DNA from: an uncultured virus (IMG/VR IMGVR_UViG_3300046780_000922)
Lineage: Duplodnaviria; Heunggongvirae; Uroviricota; Caudoviricetes
DNA: 64,000 nt
Direction: 5' to 3' (one strand)
IMG/VR virus record: IMGVR_UViG_3300046780_000922
Numbering within the stretch: the stretch's first letter is position 1; each line of letters begins with the position of its first letter. A model generated the notes under the pieces. The model was not told the origin of the DNA, did no database searches, and saw only the letters and a list, made by a program, of their open reading frames with translations. The position numbers and the translations under genes were made by a program. Of the stretch, positions 37,485 through 47,109 are shown in pieces.

Positions 37485-38642
37485 CTAGCCCGGTTCCAGG
37501 GAAGCGAACCGTTCGGCCAAGGCGGCGCCGATGCGCTCGGCCGCGTGACCATCGCCGAAGGGGTTCGGCTTTCCAGGCTTGCTCATCGCTCGGTAGGCTG
37601 CGGGATGGTTCAAAAGCGTGAGCGCCGTCGAGGCGATGACGGCTGCATTGGGCTCGACCAGCACGGCCGTGCCAGCCTGAATCGCCTCTTCGCGCTCGGT
37701 CGATCGCCGGAAGACGAGCACAGGCTTGCCGAACGTAGGTGCCTCTTCCTGTACACCGCCCGAGTCGGTGATCACGATGCGGCAGCCCGCGAGCGCTTGA
37801 ACGAAATCCGGGTACGAGAGCGCGACTTCGAGGCGCACAGTGCGCGGGATGGCACACTCGCGTCCACCAGACTGCGCGCGCATGGTGAGCTCACCGTGCA
37901 TCGACGGGTGCACGGGCCAGAGCACGTTGTGTCCGGCGCGAGCGATCTCGACGACGGCCGAGACGAGCGCCTCGAGAACGGGGCGGTTCTCGCGCCGATG
38001 GCACGTCACGAGCACTGGCGCGGTGTGCGGGTACGGCTTCGTGATGTGGGCCACCGTCCAGTTGAGCGCATCGACGACGGTGTTTCCGGTCTCGATGACC
38101 TTCAGGTGATCGTCAACGATGTTCTCGTTATCGATATTCTTGGTGGCCGTCCACGTAGGCGTGAAGTGGATCTGAGCGATCCGAGAGATGAGCTGGCGAT
38201 TGAGCTCCTCGGGGAACGGGCTCGCGATGTCGTAGGTGCGTAGGCCGGCCTCGACGTGGAAGACGGGCAGCTGTGCGTAGAAAGCAGCGAGCGCACCCAT
38301 CGCGGCGCTCGTCGTGTCTCCCTGCACCATCACACCACACGGGATGATGTTGGCGAGAACACTGCGCAGCCCGAGCAAGAGATCGGCCGAGAGCGCCGAG
38401 AGGCCGGGGTTGGTCAGCAGCACGATTTGGCGATGAAAGCCGATCGGACCTGAACAACCCTTCGTGGGAAGCCCGAAGTGTTCGAGAACCGGAAGCACCA
38501 TCTCGGGATCGTGCTGACCCGTAAAGTAGATGAACGGTGCGAACGGATATTGCGGCTTGGCAAGCTCGAGGATGACGGGTGCAAGCTTGATCGCCTCTGG
38601 TCGCGTACCGATGACGATGAGGAGCTTGGGCTTATCGATCAT
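37485..38642 (-). CDS. wecB: UDP-N-acetylglucosamine 2-epimerase (non-hydrolysing)
   Basis: GTRPEAIKLAPV, QGDT, HVEAGLRT, PFPEE, HRREN, TDSGGVQEEA, NPFGDG. Confidence 0.95.
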   Translation of the reverse strand: MIDKPKLLIVIGTRPEAIKLAPVILELAKPQYPFAPFIYFTGQHDPEMVLPVLEHFGLPTKGCSGPIGFHRQIVLLTNPGLSALSADLLLGLRSVLANIIPCGVMVQGDTTSAAMGALAAFYAQLPVFHVEAGLRTYDIASPFPEELNRQLISRIAQIHFTPTWTATKNIDNENIVDDHLKVIETGNTVVDALNWTVAHITKPYPHTAPVLVTCHRRENRPVLEALVSAVVEIARAGHNVLWPVHPSMHGELTMRAQSGGRECAIPRTVRLEVALSYPDFVQALAGCRIVITDSGGVQEEAPTFGKPVLVFRRSTEREEAIQAGTAVLVEPNAAVIASTALTLLNHPAAYRAMSKPGKPNPFGDGHAAERIGAALAERFASLEPG

Positions 38643-38645
38643 GCG

Positions 38646-39434
38646 CTACTTTAGCGCTTGATGAAGCCCGATCAAGCCGACACCGACGATACCGATCCCG
38701 AAGAGCACGCCCCAAGGGAGCGAGATGAGATCGCCGTCCTCGGTGAGCGGGGGCTCGTACGTGTCCGAATCGGTCGCGTCGCTGGCATCGCCGAGACCGA
38801 CGAGGCGCAAGGGACGCCTGCCCGTGCTCGGGGGAAGCGGCGAACCGATGCGGAGGCTACCGAGGCCGTTGACGGCCACCATCTGGGGCTGCGGGCTCGG
38901 GCAGGCATCGAGCTCGGGGCTGACGATGAAGCCATCGCGGCCGATGTTCACGCCGTGACTGATGAGCCAGGCGAGCGGATCGATGTTGTTCGTCCGGTAG
39001 GGCCCGGGGTACGGGCTCGCGCCCGTCGAGCGGGCGTGACGGACCTCCATGTGAAGGTGCGCCGGCATGCCCGGGAACTTGCCGTTGTTCATCCGGCCGG
39101 AGCGCCCGAGGAGCTGTCCGGGCTGCACCTCTTGGCCGATCGCCACGGCGACATCGCTCAGGTGCGCGTAGAAGCTCCAGAGGTTCTCGTCGGCGTGGAA
39201 GAGCGCGACCGCGTTCCCATAGCCCGAGAAGGGATTGCCACGCAGGCCGTCCTCTTCGTGCGCGATGTTCTGGACCACGCCAGCTCGAGGGGCGTAGACC
39301 GGCGTCCCTTCGGGTGCGCCGAAGTCCGTTCCGGCGTGGAACTGCGGCCGGCGAGAGGTGAAGCCCATGCGGGGGCCGAAGCGGGACCACAAGCGGGCAT
39401 CGCTCGGCGCCATCGGAGTTGCTGTTACGCACAT
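38646..39434 (-). CDS. M23 family peptidase with C-terminal membrane anchor
   Basis: HAGTD, YAHL, HLHMEVR; C-terminal TM. Confidence 0.9.
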   Translation of the reverse strand: MCVTATPMAPSDARLWSRFGPRMGFTSRRPQFHAGTDFGAPEGTPVYAPRAGVVQNIAHEEDGLRGNPFSGYGNAVALFHADENLWSFYAHLSDVAVAIGQEVQPGQLLGRSGRMNNGKFPGMPAHLHMEVRHARSTGASPYPGPYRTNNIDPLAWLISHGVNIGRDGFIVSPELDACPSPQPQMVAVNGLGSLRIGSPLPPSTGRRPLRLVGLGDASDATDSDTYEPPLTEDGDLISLPWGVLFGIGIVGVGLIGLHQALK

Positions 39435-39512
39435 GGGTCTATCGTAGCAGGCTACGCCGAGACTTTCCCACCTCTTGCGTGGGTGGGGGTTTGGTTGTAG
39501 GTTCGAGCAGCG

Positions 39513-39707
39513 TCACGACTCGCTCGTCTCGCTGCCTCGCAGGGGGCCGGTTCCTTCGGGAGTCGGCCTTCTGTTTTTGTACCGTGCGATCGCGTCGATA
39601 GCAGCTCTGTAGCTGGCTTCGGCTTGCTTCAGCCGACGCTCGGCCAGAGCAAGCTCGTTCTCGCGCTTCCGGGCGGCCTTCATCAAGGCCTCGAGCTGCT
39701 GATCCAT
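39513..39707 (-). CDS. small coiled-coil protein
   Basis: Helical ORF in operon orientation. Confidence 0.45.
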   Translation of the reverse strand: MDQQLEALMKAARKRENELALAERRLKQAEASYRAAIDAIARYKNRRPTPEGTGPLRGSETSES

Positions 39708-39714
39708 CTAACGA

Positions 39715-39987
39715 TCAGTCCTTGAGTCGCCAGATCGACGGGCTCATGACTTGCTGCAAGTCTTCCTGCTCGAGGAAGTCTTCGGGCGAGAACGCCCGCC
39801 GTCCAGCTTGCTCGTACCGAAGCACGTGGCCCACGGTCTCTATCTCCATGATCCACTGCTCGTCCCCAGTGCTCACGGATTCAATCGGCGTCCCGTCGTT
39901 GAACGTGAAGGTACCGCAGATCACGAGCACGTTCTCGCCAGTAGCCGTGCGTGCACGGCGCACCAGCGCGCGTCCGAGGAGCTTCAT
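39715..39987 (-). CDS. hypothetical protein
   Basis: Coupled ORF (MKLLGRAL...). Confidence 0.45.
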   Translation of the reverse strand: MKLLGRALVRRARTATGENVLVICGTFTFNDGTPIESVSTGDEQWIMEIETVGHVLRYEQAGRRAFSPEDFLEQEDLQQVMSPSIWRLKD

Positions 39988-40550
39988 TCCGCGTGCTCGA
40001 AGAAGTCGGCCGGCGGTTCCGAGTAGCGATGCATGCGACCGCCGTTCACGACGCCGCAGGTTGTGCACCAGTTGCTCTGATCGCCGGAGAGCTGCCACCC
40101 GCATATCGGACAGCGGTAGAAGAGGCCCCAACGATGCTGAAAGTCGCGACGAATCTCATGTTGCGCCGCGTGCTTGGTCCGCATCATGTCGCGCCGCAGC
40201 CGCTCGACCTCAGCGAGATCGCATGGACGAGGAGCGTTCGGTAGCGCGAGAAAACCCGCGACCACATCCAACGCGGCCTCGAGATAGGTCGTATCGACGA
40301 TCAGTGTCTTGATGGTGTCGCCCACACCGATGACCACATCCCCGTCGTCGCACACATCGATCGATGCGTAGCTGTCGGGGCGCGCGCCCGCCACGTGCAG
40401 AGTGATACCGCCCTCGGGGCACATCAAGGCGCGTCCGACCTGAAGTTGGCGAGAGCGCAATCGCGCCACGAGATCCCAAGCGCGCGCCCGGGTCGACACC
40501 GGCCCATCGATCAACTCGAGCTGCGAGCCGAGGGCCTCTTCTGTGCTCAC
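39984..40550 (-). CDS. hypothetical protein with C-terminal zinc ribbon
   Basis: CPICG...CTTCG. Confidence 0.5.
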   Translation of the reverse strand: MSTEEALGSQLELIDGPVSTRARAWDLVARLRSRQLQVGRALMCPEGGITLHVAGARPDSYASIDVCDDGDVVIGVGDTIKTLIVDTTYLEAALDVVAGFLALPNAPRPCDLAEVERLRRDMMRTKHAAQHEIRRDFQHRWGLFYRCPICGWQLSGDQSNWCTTCGVVNGGRMHRYSEPPADFFEHAE

Positions 40551-41269
40551 GACTGGGCCCGCTTCATCGCGAAGCGGATTCGCCCGCGTAGGACGTCGGC
40601 GAGCATCTCCGCGCGCGCGGAGATGGGCTCGAACTCGTGGTGCTCTTCCTGGACGGCAGCCAAGACGGTCTTGGCGGCCTCCGGCGCATCGGCCGCGAGG
40701 TAGGCCGCTGCGCAGTGCACGTACTCGTTCTCGAGCTCGGCGACGGGCGCGTAGAGCTGCACCAGCTCGAGCAGGGCGTTGAAGCTCGCGGCGTTCTGCA
40801 TCTCGGTCCAGAGCTGCCGGCAGATGGCTTGCCGAAGCGCCTCGATCTCGGGCACCGGCGCGAAGAGGACCCACGTGGGGGTGCCTTGGATGCGCACGAG
40901 GCCGTTACGCGTGAAATCCGTACCGTGGCTGTCTCCGCCGAGCACCGCGAGCGCCGTCTTGGCGTAGTAGCCGGCCTGCTCGAACTCGCACATCCCGAGC
41001 ATGAGCTCCTGGCGGAGCTGCACGGTGTGATCGAGAGTCCACCGGCCCAGGATGGCGACCGCATCACCGGGGCACTTGAGCATGTCGGTCTCGAACGGGT
41101 GCTGTGCTGAGACCGAAGCCGGAGTGGTAGCACCGATAGAGATGCTCATCGAGATGGGCTCGATCGGTGCGCTGCTGAGAGACCAGTCATCGAGACCGAG
41201 CACGCGGTAGACCGTCCGAGGGTTCTCGTACGTGCCTACCGCGTAGCTCAGCGCGAAGAGAGCGGTCAT
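40547..41269 (-). CDS. hypothetical protein
   Basis: 240-aa ORF coupled to neighbours. Confidence 0.6.
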   Translation of the reverse strand: MTALFALSYAVGTYENPRTVYRVLGLDDWSLSSAPIEPISMSISIGATTPASVSAQHPFETDMLKCPGDAVAILGRWTLDHTVQLRQELMLGMCEFEQAGYYAKTALAVLGGDSHGTDFTRNGLVRIQGTPTWVLFAPVPEIEALRQAICRQLWTEMQNAASFNALLELVQLYAPVAELENEYVHCAAAYLAADAPEAAKTVLAAVQEEHHEFEPISARAEMLADVLRGRIRFAMKRAQS

Positions 41270-41272
41270 CGA

Positions 41273-41713
41273 TCAGCTCACACCCGGGGGCGGTACAAAG
41301 CTGGTCGCTGCACCGTTCACCGGCGGCGCGGACTTCTTGGCCGCCCGGCGCGTGCGATCCTTGGCGAGCTTGGCTGCCTTCTGATCGGCGCTCAGCGCTT
41401 TGCGCGCCGGCTTCGCCTTGGCCTTGACCGGCTTGGCCTTCGCCGAGCGCGCGGAGCGCTTCACCGGCTTGGCCTTCGCCTTCGCCTTCGCCTTCGCCTT
41501 CGCCGGCTTGGCCTTCGCGGCCTTCTTGCCCTTCTTGCGGGCGGCCTTCTCCTTCTCGGCCTGACGGCCGAGCGCGCCCTTGCGGCCGGTGGCGATGTCG
41601 AGCATCTTGGCCTGCCCCACCTTGAACGAGACGCCCCAGGCCTTGGAGAGGTCCGCGATCGCCTTCTTGACCTCGGCCTTGGTGTACTTGAACTTCAGTT
41701 TCGACTTCGCCAT
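41273..41713 (-). CDS. histone H1-like Lys/Ala-rich DNA-binding protein
   Basis: KAAKAKPAKAKAKAKAKAKP repeats; AAGGA RBS. Confidence 0.75.
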   Translation of the reverse strand: MAKSKLKFKYTKAEVKKAIADLSKAWGVSFKVGQAKMLDIATGRKGALGRQAEKEKAARKKGKKAAKAKPAKAKAKAKAKAKPVKRSARSAKAKPVKAKAKPARKALSADQKAAKLAKDRTRRAAKKSAPPVNGAATSFVPPPGVS

Positions 41714-41727
41714 GATTCTTTCCTTCT

Positions 41728-41985
41728 TCAGAACATCCCGGGGACGGCCGCGAGCAGCCGCTTGAACGCGGCTTGCTGCTCGGCATTTTGCGAGGCGCGA
41801 TAGGCCGCGCACCAGCTCTTGATCGCCTCTTCACGAAGAGGATGACGCACGCTGATCCCCTCGCCCTCGGCGAGCCAGACGCGCTCGACCGGTCCCACGA
41901 TCTCGCCTCGCGAGAAGGTCATGTAGGATCGGTAATCGACCTGGGTAACCGTCGGCTCGGGGATCTGTACGTGCTCGATCGACAT
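41728..41985 (-). CDS. hypothetical protein
   Basis: Preceded by TTGACA-N17-CATGCT (42023-41995). Confidence 0.5.
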   Translation of the reverse strand: MSIEHVQIPEPTVTQVDYRSYMTFSRGEIVGPVERVWLAEGEGISVRHPLREEAIKSWCAAYRASQNAEQQAAFKRLLAAVPGMF

Positions 41986-42066
41986 GATCGGCGCAGCATG
42001 CGTTCACTGCGCGGATCTGTCAAGAGTACGGGTTGCAACCGGCTGGAAGTGCCCGCAAACTGAGCC

Positions 42067-42300
42067 ATGGACCGCATCACCTGGACCACGGCCGCCGTGA
42101 ACATCGTTGGCCTGCTCGTGCTCGGCGCCGTGCTCATCTGGGCGCCCGAGAAGTCGCTCGAGGCCGTCATCTCGTTCGGCGCGCTCCTCGGCGGGAGCAC
42201 GCTCAAGGGCCTCTTTCACGGCCGGCAAGAAGACCCGGCCACGACCGTGGCGCGGCTGAGCACTGGGGCTGGAACCGGACCTACGCCGCCGGCCAGCTAG
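42067..42300 (+). CDS. small two-TM membrane protein (holin-like)
   Basis: Two hydrophobic helices; lone + strand gene with its own candidate promoter. Confidence 0.55.
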   Translation: MDRITWTTAAVNIVGLLVLGAVLIWAPEKSLEAVISFGALLGGSTLKGLFHGRQEDPATTVARLSTGAGTGPTPPAS

Positions 42301-42740
42301 CGATCGCGCACGCGGCCGGTATCGAGGATGTGGCGCAAGAGCGCGTCCTGTGTGTTCGAGAAGACCTTGATGGCGCCCTTGATCTCCTGAAGGACGCCGG
42401 TCGCCTCTTGGAGCATGTGGCCTTGGATCTCCATCTGCGCGACCACTGTGCGCAGGAGCTCGAACTGGCGTTTGTCGTTCTCGAAGTGCGCCTCGAGCGC
42501 GAGCTCGAACCGATCCATGTGCTGCGCCACCTCGCGCGCCAACATCTGCGCTGGCACTGACGGCTCGTGCGGATCGAGCGAGTGGTGACTCTTCGGGGCC
42601 GGAGGCGGCGCGAGCGAGCCCGTGGCGCCGTGGTGACGCACCGCGCGGTTGATGCGCGGTGCGAGCTCCTTCACCACGATGTAGACGAGGATGATCACGA
42701 CTGCGCCCCAGGGCCCCACCTTTTGAAAGAGATCGTCCAT
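42297..42740 (-). CDS. membrane protein with coiled coil
   Basis: N-terminal TM (GPWGAVVIILVYIVV). Confidence 0.6.
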   Translation of the reverse strand: MDDLFQKVGPWGAVVIILVYIVVKELAPRINRAVRHHGATGSLAPPPAPKSHHSLDPHEPSVPAQMLAREVAQHMDRFELALEAHFENDKRQFELLRTVVAQMEIQGHMLQEATGVLQEIKGAIKVFSNTQDALLRHILDTGRVRDR

Positions 42741-44104
42741 TACGCCACCCTCGTGATTCGAGAACCATCATCGTTCGCGGCCGGCGCCAGCGTATCGCCG
42801 ACGTTCGGGAGCGAGTTACTCGTGGTCGGTGCTTCACCGACTGCGTACTTGGCGATCCCCGCCGTGATGGCGGGCGCAGCTTCGTTCAAAAGCGCGTTTC
42901 CACCTCCGCGCCGGGCGACGATGCCGTAGCCCTGCACGGAGATAGAGATCGCAGTGGCCAGACCGGTGAGCTCGAACAAGCCGCCCGACTCCACCGTTAC
43001 GCCGATCCCATTGACGCCGGTTCCGACGAGCGTGCCTTTGCTGAAGGTGCACGCAGCGCCCCGCCAGACACGCAAGATCCCAGTCTGCTGGCCATTCTCC
43101 ATCTGGTAGCTACCGAATGGGTCGCCACCCACCACGAGCCGTGCGCCAGCGCCCTCGACGGTCACGTGGTCATCGCGCGAACGTCCGCCGAGCAGCTGCG
43201 TGTACGGATGGTTGCGCAAGTAGAGACCGTCCGTGGCGTTGACGTAACCGAAGAAGCCACCAGCGTCGGGCTCCTCTCGCGAGTAATAGGCGAGACCCGC
43301 GCCTAGGTACGCCTTCGATCCGCCGTTATATACGCGCTGCGGGCCGTAACCACCAAACGCAAAGACACCGGCCGGAGAGATCGACCCATCGACGCCAAGT
43401 AGGATCTGTGTTGCAGCGCCGTTCGTAGCGAGAATCAGTCCAGTGGTTGTCGACTTGCAGCGCCACCACGCCACGCGCCCATCGCAAACCACGGCCTTGT
43501 CGACAACGAAGTTTTCGAAGTTGAGCGTGGGCGCGAACGTGAACGCGGAGCCGAGTGATGTGGGCGTGCCGTACAAGACCGGAAAGATGCTGCCATCGAG
43601 GACGGTGACCGCATCTACGATCTCGTAGAGGTCGCCCTGCGCGACGGCCGCGGAGAAGTTACGCACCGGCGTGATGTCTGTCGCGCTGTTGTCCTTGATC
43701 AGCCGATAGTCACCAGCTGCCGCGCCAGTGAGCACGTGAATCCAGAAGTCGATGAACTGATCTACTACAAGGCCCGAGGACTTGATGGTGGTGACGGTCG
43801 AACCGACGAGTGCAGCCGTACTTGCGAGGATCGTGGTCTGGGGAACCGCGCGCACGTAGAGCTGGCCTGCACGGAAAAGCCGGGGCCGAAACGAGGGGCA
43901 CGCATAGGTGCCGGTCGTCAGCACTACGATCTGGATGTCAGTGTCGAAGCAGAGCGCTGCGGTACGCAGCTCCGCCTCGGTCAGCGTCTTGAGCGCAGTG
44001 GCTGGCGTGGCCCCGTCGTTCGTATCGAGGCCAGTCTGCCCATCGACGTAGACCGTTGCTGGCACGGCAGAACTGAAGACGGCGCTATTGATCGCGACCG
44101 TCAT
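42740..44104 (-). CDS. putative spike/receptor-binding protein (beta-helix-like)
   Basis: YVDGQTGLDTNDG...ALKTL N-terminal motif; Gly/Thr/Val-rich; shares a domain with 44522-46012. Confidence 0.6.
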   Translation of the reverse strand: MTVAINSAVFSSAVPATVYVDGQTGLDTNDGATPATALKTLTEAELRTAALCFDTDIQIVVLTTGTYACPSFRPRLFRAGQLYVRAVPQTTILASTAALVGSTVTTIKSSGLVVDQFIDFWIHVLTGAAAGDYRLIKDNSATDITPVRNFSAAVAQGDLYEIVDAVTVLDGSIFPVLYGTPTSLGSAFTFAPTLNFENFVVDKAVVCDGRVAWWRCKSTTTGLILATNGAATQILLGVDGSISPAGVFAFGGYGPQRVYNGGSKAYLGAGLAYYSREEPDAGGFFGYVNATDGLYLRNHPYTQLLGGRSRDDHVTVEGAGARLVVGGDPFGSYQMENGQQTGILRVWRGAACTFSKGTLVGTGVNGIGVTVESGGLFELTGLATAISISVQGYGIVARRGGGNALLNEAAPAITAGIAKYAVGEAPTTSNSLPNVGDTLAPAANDDGSRITRVA

Positions 44105-44111
44105 GATCGAA

Positions 44112-44522
44112 CTACTGGAACAAGATCGAGACCGAGATGTCGGCGGCCACCGTCGTCTGCTTGGCGTTCACCTGCACGGCCAGGTAGTCGCCGGCCAAGA
44201 GGTTCTGGAGCGCGGCCGACGCGGGTACAGTCGATGCTGTACCGAAGTTGCCGGCGCCACTTGCTACCGAGATGGTGCCAAGACTGGTCGGCGTGCCGCC
44301 GCGAACGCGGAAGACCTCGACGGTCGTCGTACCCGCGGCGCCGGCCACGCCCTCGCGCAAGGTCATCGTCTTGATGAAGCTGTCTACGTTGATCTCGCAG
44401 AAGCCACCGAAGGTAGAACCAGCAGTGAGCGTGCCGGCAACGCCGTTGACGATGGTCGAGATCACGCCGTTGAAGGCGAAGAGATACGTCGGGTGGTAGC
44501 CGCGGATTGCCGAGCCGGCCAT
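44112..44522 (-). CDS. beta-rich putative virion protein
   Basis: LLAGDYLAVQV...ADISVSI beta-sandwich pattern. Confidence 0.55.
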   Translation of the reverse strand: MAGSAIRGYHPTYLFAFNGVISTIVNGVAGTLTAGSTFGGFCEINVDSFIKTMTLREGVAGAAGTTTVEVFRVRGGTPTSLGTISVASGAGNFGTASTVPASAALQNLLAGDYLAVQVNAKQTTVAADISVSILFQ

Positions 44523-46012
44523 TAGGTGATCCTCACGATCAAAGATCCGTTGAGACCGTTGATGAGCGCCTGCTGCGCAGCACCGAGCGTAGCAGCTGCG
44601 ATCGTCGTCGTACCGCCATCGACCGAGAGGTCAGCGCCCGCAGGACCGAGTAGGCCCGTCACGCCTTCGAGGTAAGCCGCAGCACCCGAGCGAATGTCCA
44701 TACCCAGCGTCGTGCCCGCGCCTGAGGCGTTCGCGCTCGAACCGACCGTGAGCTTCACAGCACCCGTTGCACGCACGAGCACAGGTGCCGTCAAGAGCAC
44801 GCGGCGCAAGTACATCTCGAGGCTGGTCATGGTGTTGCCGCCGCTATTGACGTCGAGTGCAGCGTTGGTCCCCGCCGTGTTCGTCAACGCAACAGGCGGT
44901 GCGATCGCAGCGAGACTGCCGAGAATGGCCTGCGCGGTCTTAGCACCGAGACCGAACTGAAGCGGCGTCACGCCGTTCGTGATAGCTGACGAACCGCCGA
45001 CCCAGAGTAAGACCGAGCCGATGAACACCAACACCTGTACGTTGGTGGTGATGCCCGTGACGATGAACCCGCCCAGCGTCACCGTGGCGACCTGTAGGCC
45101 GGTCTTGCCGTAGAGGCCCCAACCGGACCAAGAGGTGTTGGACAGCGCGCCGTTGTAGGTCGTCGCGAGCGGCGCGACACAAGTACCCGCCGGCCACTGA
45201 CAGCCACAGATGATGGTGGCCCCGGCGCCGCCGATCGGAAGCTGCGATGTCGCGGTAGGACCGAACGCCTCACAACCGAAAAAGCCGACAACGCAACCAG
45301 AGAACATCCAGTTGACGAGCGCGGTTTGCCCGGCGAACTGGATGTTCGCGAAGATGAGCATCGGCGGAACAGCCGGTGACGGATTACCGAAGTACGAGAT
45401 GCCAGAATCGCCAATGCCGATGTCGAGCGCGGCGTTCTCGTTCGTAGTGATCAGGATCTTGACGACCGTCGCTGGCTCCAAGATGCGGATCGTGTCGTTG
45501 GCTGCGATGGCGGCCGTGAAGTTGCGCGAGGGGATGATGACGGTGTCGGTGTGATCGCGAATCGTGCGCAAGTCACCAGCGGCGGCACCCGTGAGCACCT
45601 GGATCGTCTTGCCACGGAACGTGTTGACACCGAGACCCGCAGGCGTGACAACCTGCACGTTACTCGAACCGGCCTGCGCGACCGTCGAACCCTGAAGAAC
45701 TGTGAAGCCGTCGCCACCCTGGCCTGCACCGTCTGCATAGAACACGACGTTGTCACGCAGGAGATGTGACTTGATCGTCTTGGTAAGCGAGTAGGTCGCT
45801 ACAGGTGCGGGCGCGATGTGCACCGTGAAGAGACCGGTGATCTCATCGAAGATGTTGAGGACATCGATCGCGTGGTCGATGGTCTTCCACGGAAGCGCGA
45901 TCGTGCCGGGATTGGAGTCGGACGCAGCCGCGGCATCGCCCGCGACGTAATAGTCGAGGTTACCACCGGTCTTGACGATCTGCCCCGCCGGTACTGCGCC
46001 CTCGTAACCCAT
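44522..46012 (-). CDS. putative spike/receptor-binding protein (beta-helix-like)
   Basis: YYVAGD...DSNPGT..LPWKTI; VLTGAAAGDLRTIRD...PSRNFTAA shared with 42740-44104. Confidence 0.6.
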   Translation of the reverse strand: MGYEGAVPAGQIVKTGGNLDYYVAGDAAAASDSNPGTIALPWKTIDHAIDVLNIFDEITGLFTVHIAPAPVATYSLTKTIKSHLLRDNVVFYADGAGQGGDGFTVLQGSTVAQAGSSNVQVVTPAGLGVNTFRGKTIQVLTGAAAGDLRTIRDHTDTVIIPSRNFTAAIAANDTIRILEPATVVKILITTNENAALDIGIGDSGISYFGNPSPAVPPMLIFANIQFAGQTALVNWMFSGCVVGFFGCEAFGPTATSQLPIGGAGATIICGCQWPAGTCVAPLATTYNGALSNTSWSGWGLYGKTGLQVATVTLGGFIVTGITTNVQVLVFIGSVLLWVGGSSAITNGVTPLQFGLGAKTAQAILGSLAAIAPPVALTNTAGTNAALDVNSGGNTMTSLEMYLRRVLLTAPVLVRATGAVKLTVGSSANASGAGTTLGMDIRSGAAAYLEGVTGLLGPAGADLSVDGGTTTIAAATLGAAQQALINGLNGSLIVRIT

Positions 46013-46014
46013 GG

Positions 46015-46689
46015 CTACGGGACCGCCTTGTAGAGCACTCCGAAGAGCGCATTCGCGGTGTCGAGCGTGAGCGTGTCGGGCGTGGTCGAGATCGCGACCG
46101 TGATGCCCTTACCGCAGATGAAGACGAACTCGTCGAAGACGTCCCAACACTCGCCGACTGAGGCGCCTGCGTTCGGGAGCTCCGTGCGCCAGGTGGGCAC
46201 GGCGCCATTGACCACGGCCACATCCGAATCGAAGACCATGAGCGTGCGGTCCGCCGCGACACCGGCCTTGACGAGCATGGTGATCCGGCCGACGCGCAAC
46301 GCCTTGGCGCCGGCCACGATGGAGTGCTGAATCTCGAACGCCGAAGAGACGTACCTGTCCGCGACGATCGGCTCCGAATCGGCCGTGATGGTGCCAGTGA
46401 TGACAACAGGATCGATGATCCTACGAATCCAGATGCGCCCGAGCTGGTCGACCAAGACGCGCTGGTCTTGACCGCTATCGACCGAGACAGAGCCGGTCGT
46501 GCCGTCGGAGCTGGCGCGGCCGAGCGCGTTCTCGTAAGGGGCGACGAGCGTGCCGCGCTCGGGACGGGCCTGGCCTTGCTGATCGACGAAGGCCGAGACC
46601 ACGCGCGGCGTGTCCTCTAGCGACGCAGTACGCCCGCGAAGCTGAGAGTCCGCGTCGGACTCGAACGGGATGTCGCCGTTGCTACTCAT
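46015..46689 (-). CDS. putative virion protein
   Basis: Beta-rich C-terminal half (GITVAISTT). Confidence 0.55.
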   Translation of the reverse strand: MSSNGDIPFESDADSQLRGRTASLEDTPRVVSAFVDQQGQARPERGTLVAPYENALGRASSDGTTGSVSVDSGQDQRVLVDQLGRIWIRRIIDPVVITGTITADSEPIVADRYVSSAFEIQHSIVAGAKALRVGRITMLVKAGVAADRTLMVFDSDVAVVNGAVPTWRTELPNAGASVGECWDVFDEFVFICGKGITVAISTTPDTLTLDTANALFGVLYKAVP

Positions 46690-46924
46690 GATTGGGCCCC
46701 GCGGTAGCGAGCTTCCAGAGCTGCTGCATGGTGGCGAAGAGACGAGGTGAGGCCGTCGAGAGGCGCTTACGCGCCGCCGAGACGATGAGCGAGCGGCCGG
46801 CGAGCGCGAGCTCGTTCACACGAGGCAGGCAGTCCGCGCACACGTGAACCGTGTCTGCGGCCAAGCAGTCGAGCGCTTGGCCGCAGATCGCGCAGTGCAC
46901 AGTGCCTCGTGCATCGCTCGTCAT
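46682..46924 (-). CDS. small zinc-finger protein
   Basis: CAICG...CADC. Confidence 0.5.
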   Translation of the reverse strand: MTSDARGTVHCAICGQALDCLAADTVHVCADCLPRVNELALAGRSLIVSAARKRLSTASPRLFATMQQLWKLATAGPNHE

Positions 46925-47109
46925 ACGCCCGAGCGGCGCACGAGGCGCGCGGCTTCCTTCTTGGCTGCGCAGGGAGTGCAGCCCTTGCGCTTCTTGGGCG
47001 GGGGCTTCCCGCCACCTGGCGGCGTGGCCGGCGCCTGCGCGAGGCCTTGCAGACCGGCCTCACCGACTGCGGCACCGTGAAAGAGAATCTGGGCCAGGAG
47101 CTTGTTCAT
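46921..47109 (-). CDS. small basic protein
   Basis: KKRKGCTPCAAKK; coupled ORF. Confidence 0.5.
   Translation of the reverse strand: MNKLLAQILFHGAAVGEAGLQGLAQAPATPPGGGKPPPKKRKGCTPCAAKKEAARLVRRSGV

Noticed and set aside
41455..41530. Tandem (GCCTTC)n repeat
   Set aside because: Explained by Lys-Ala codon repeats of the H1-like protein.
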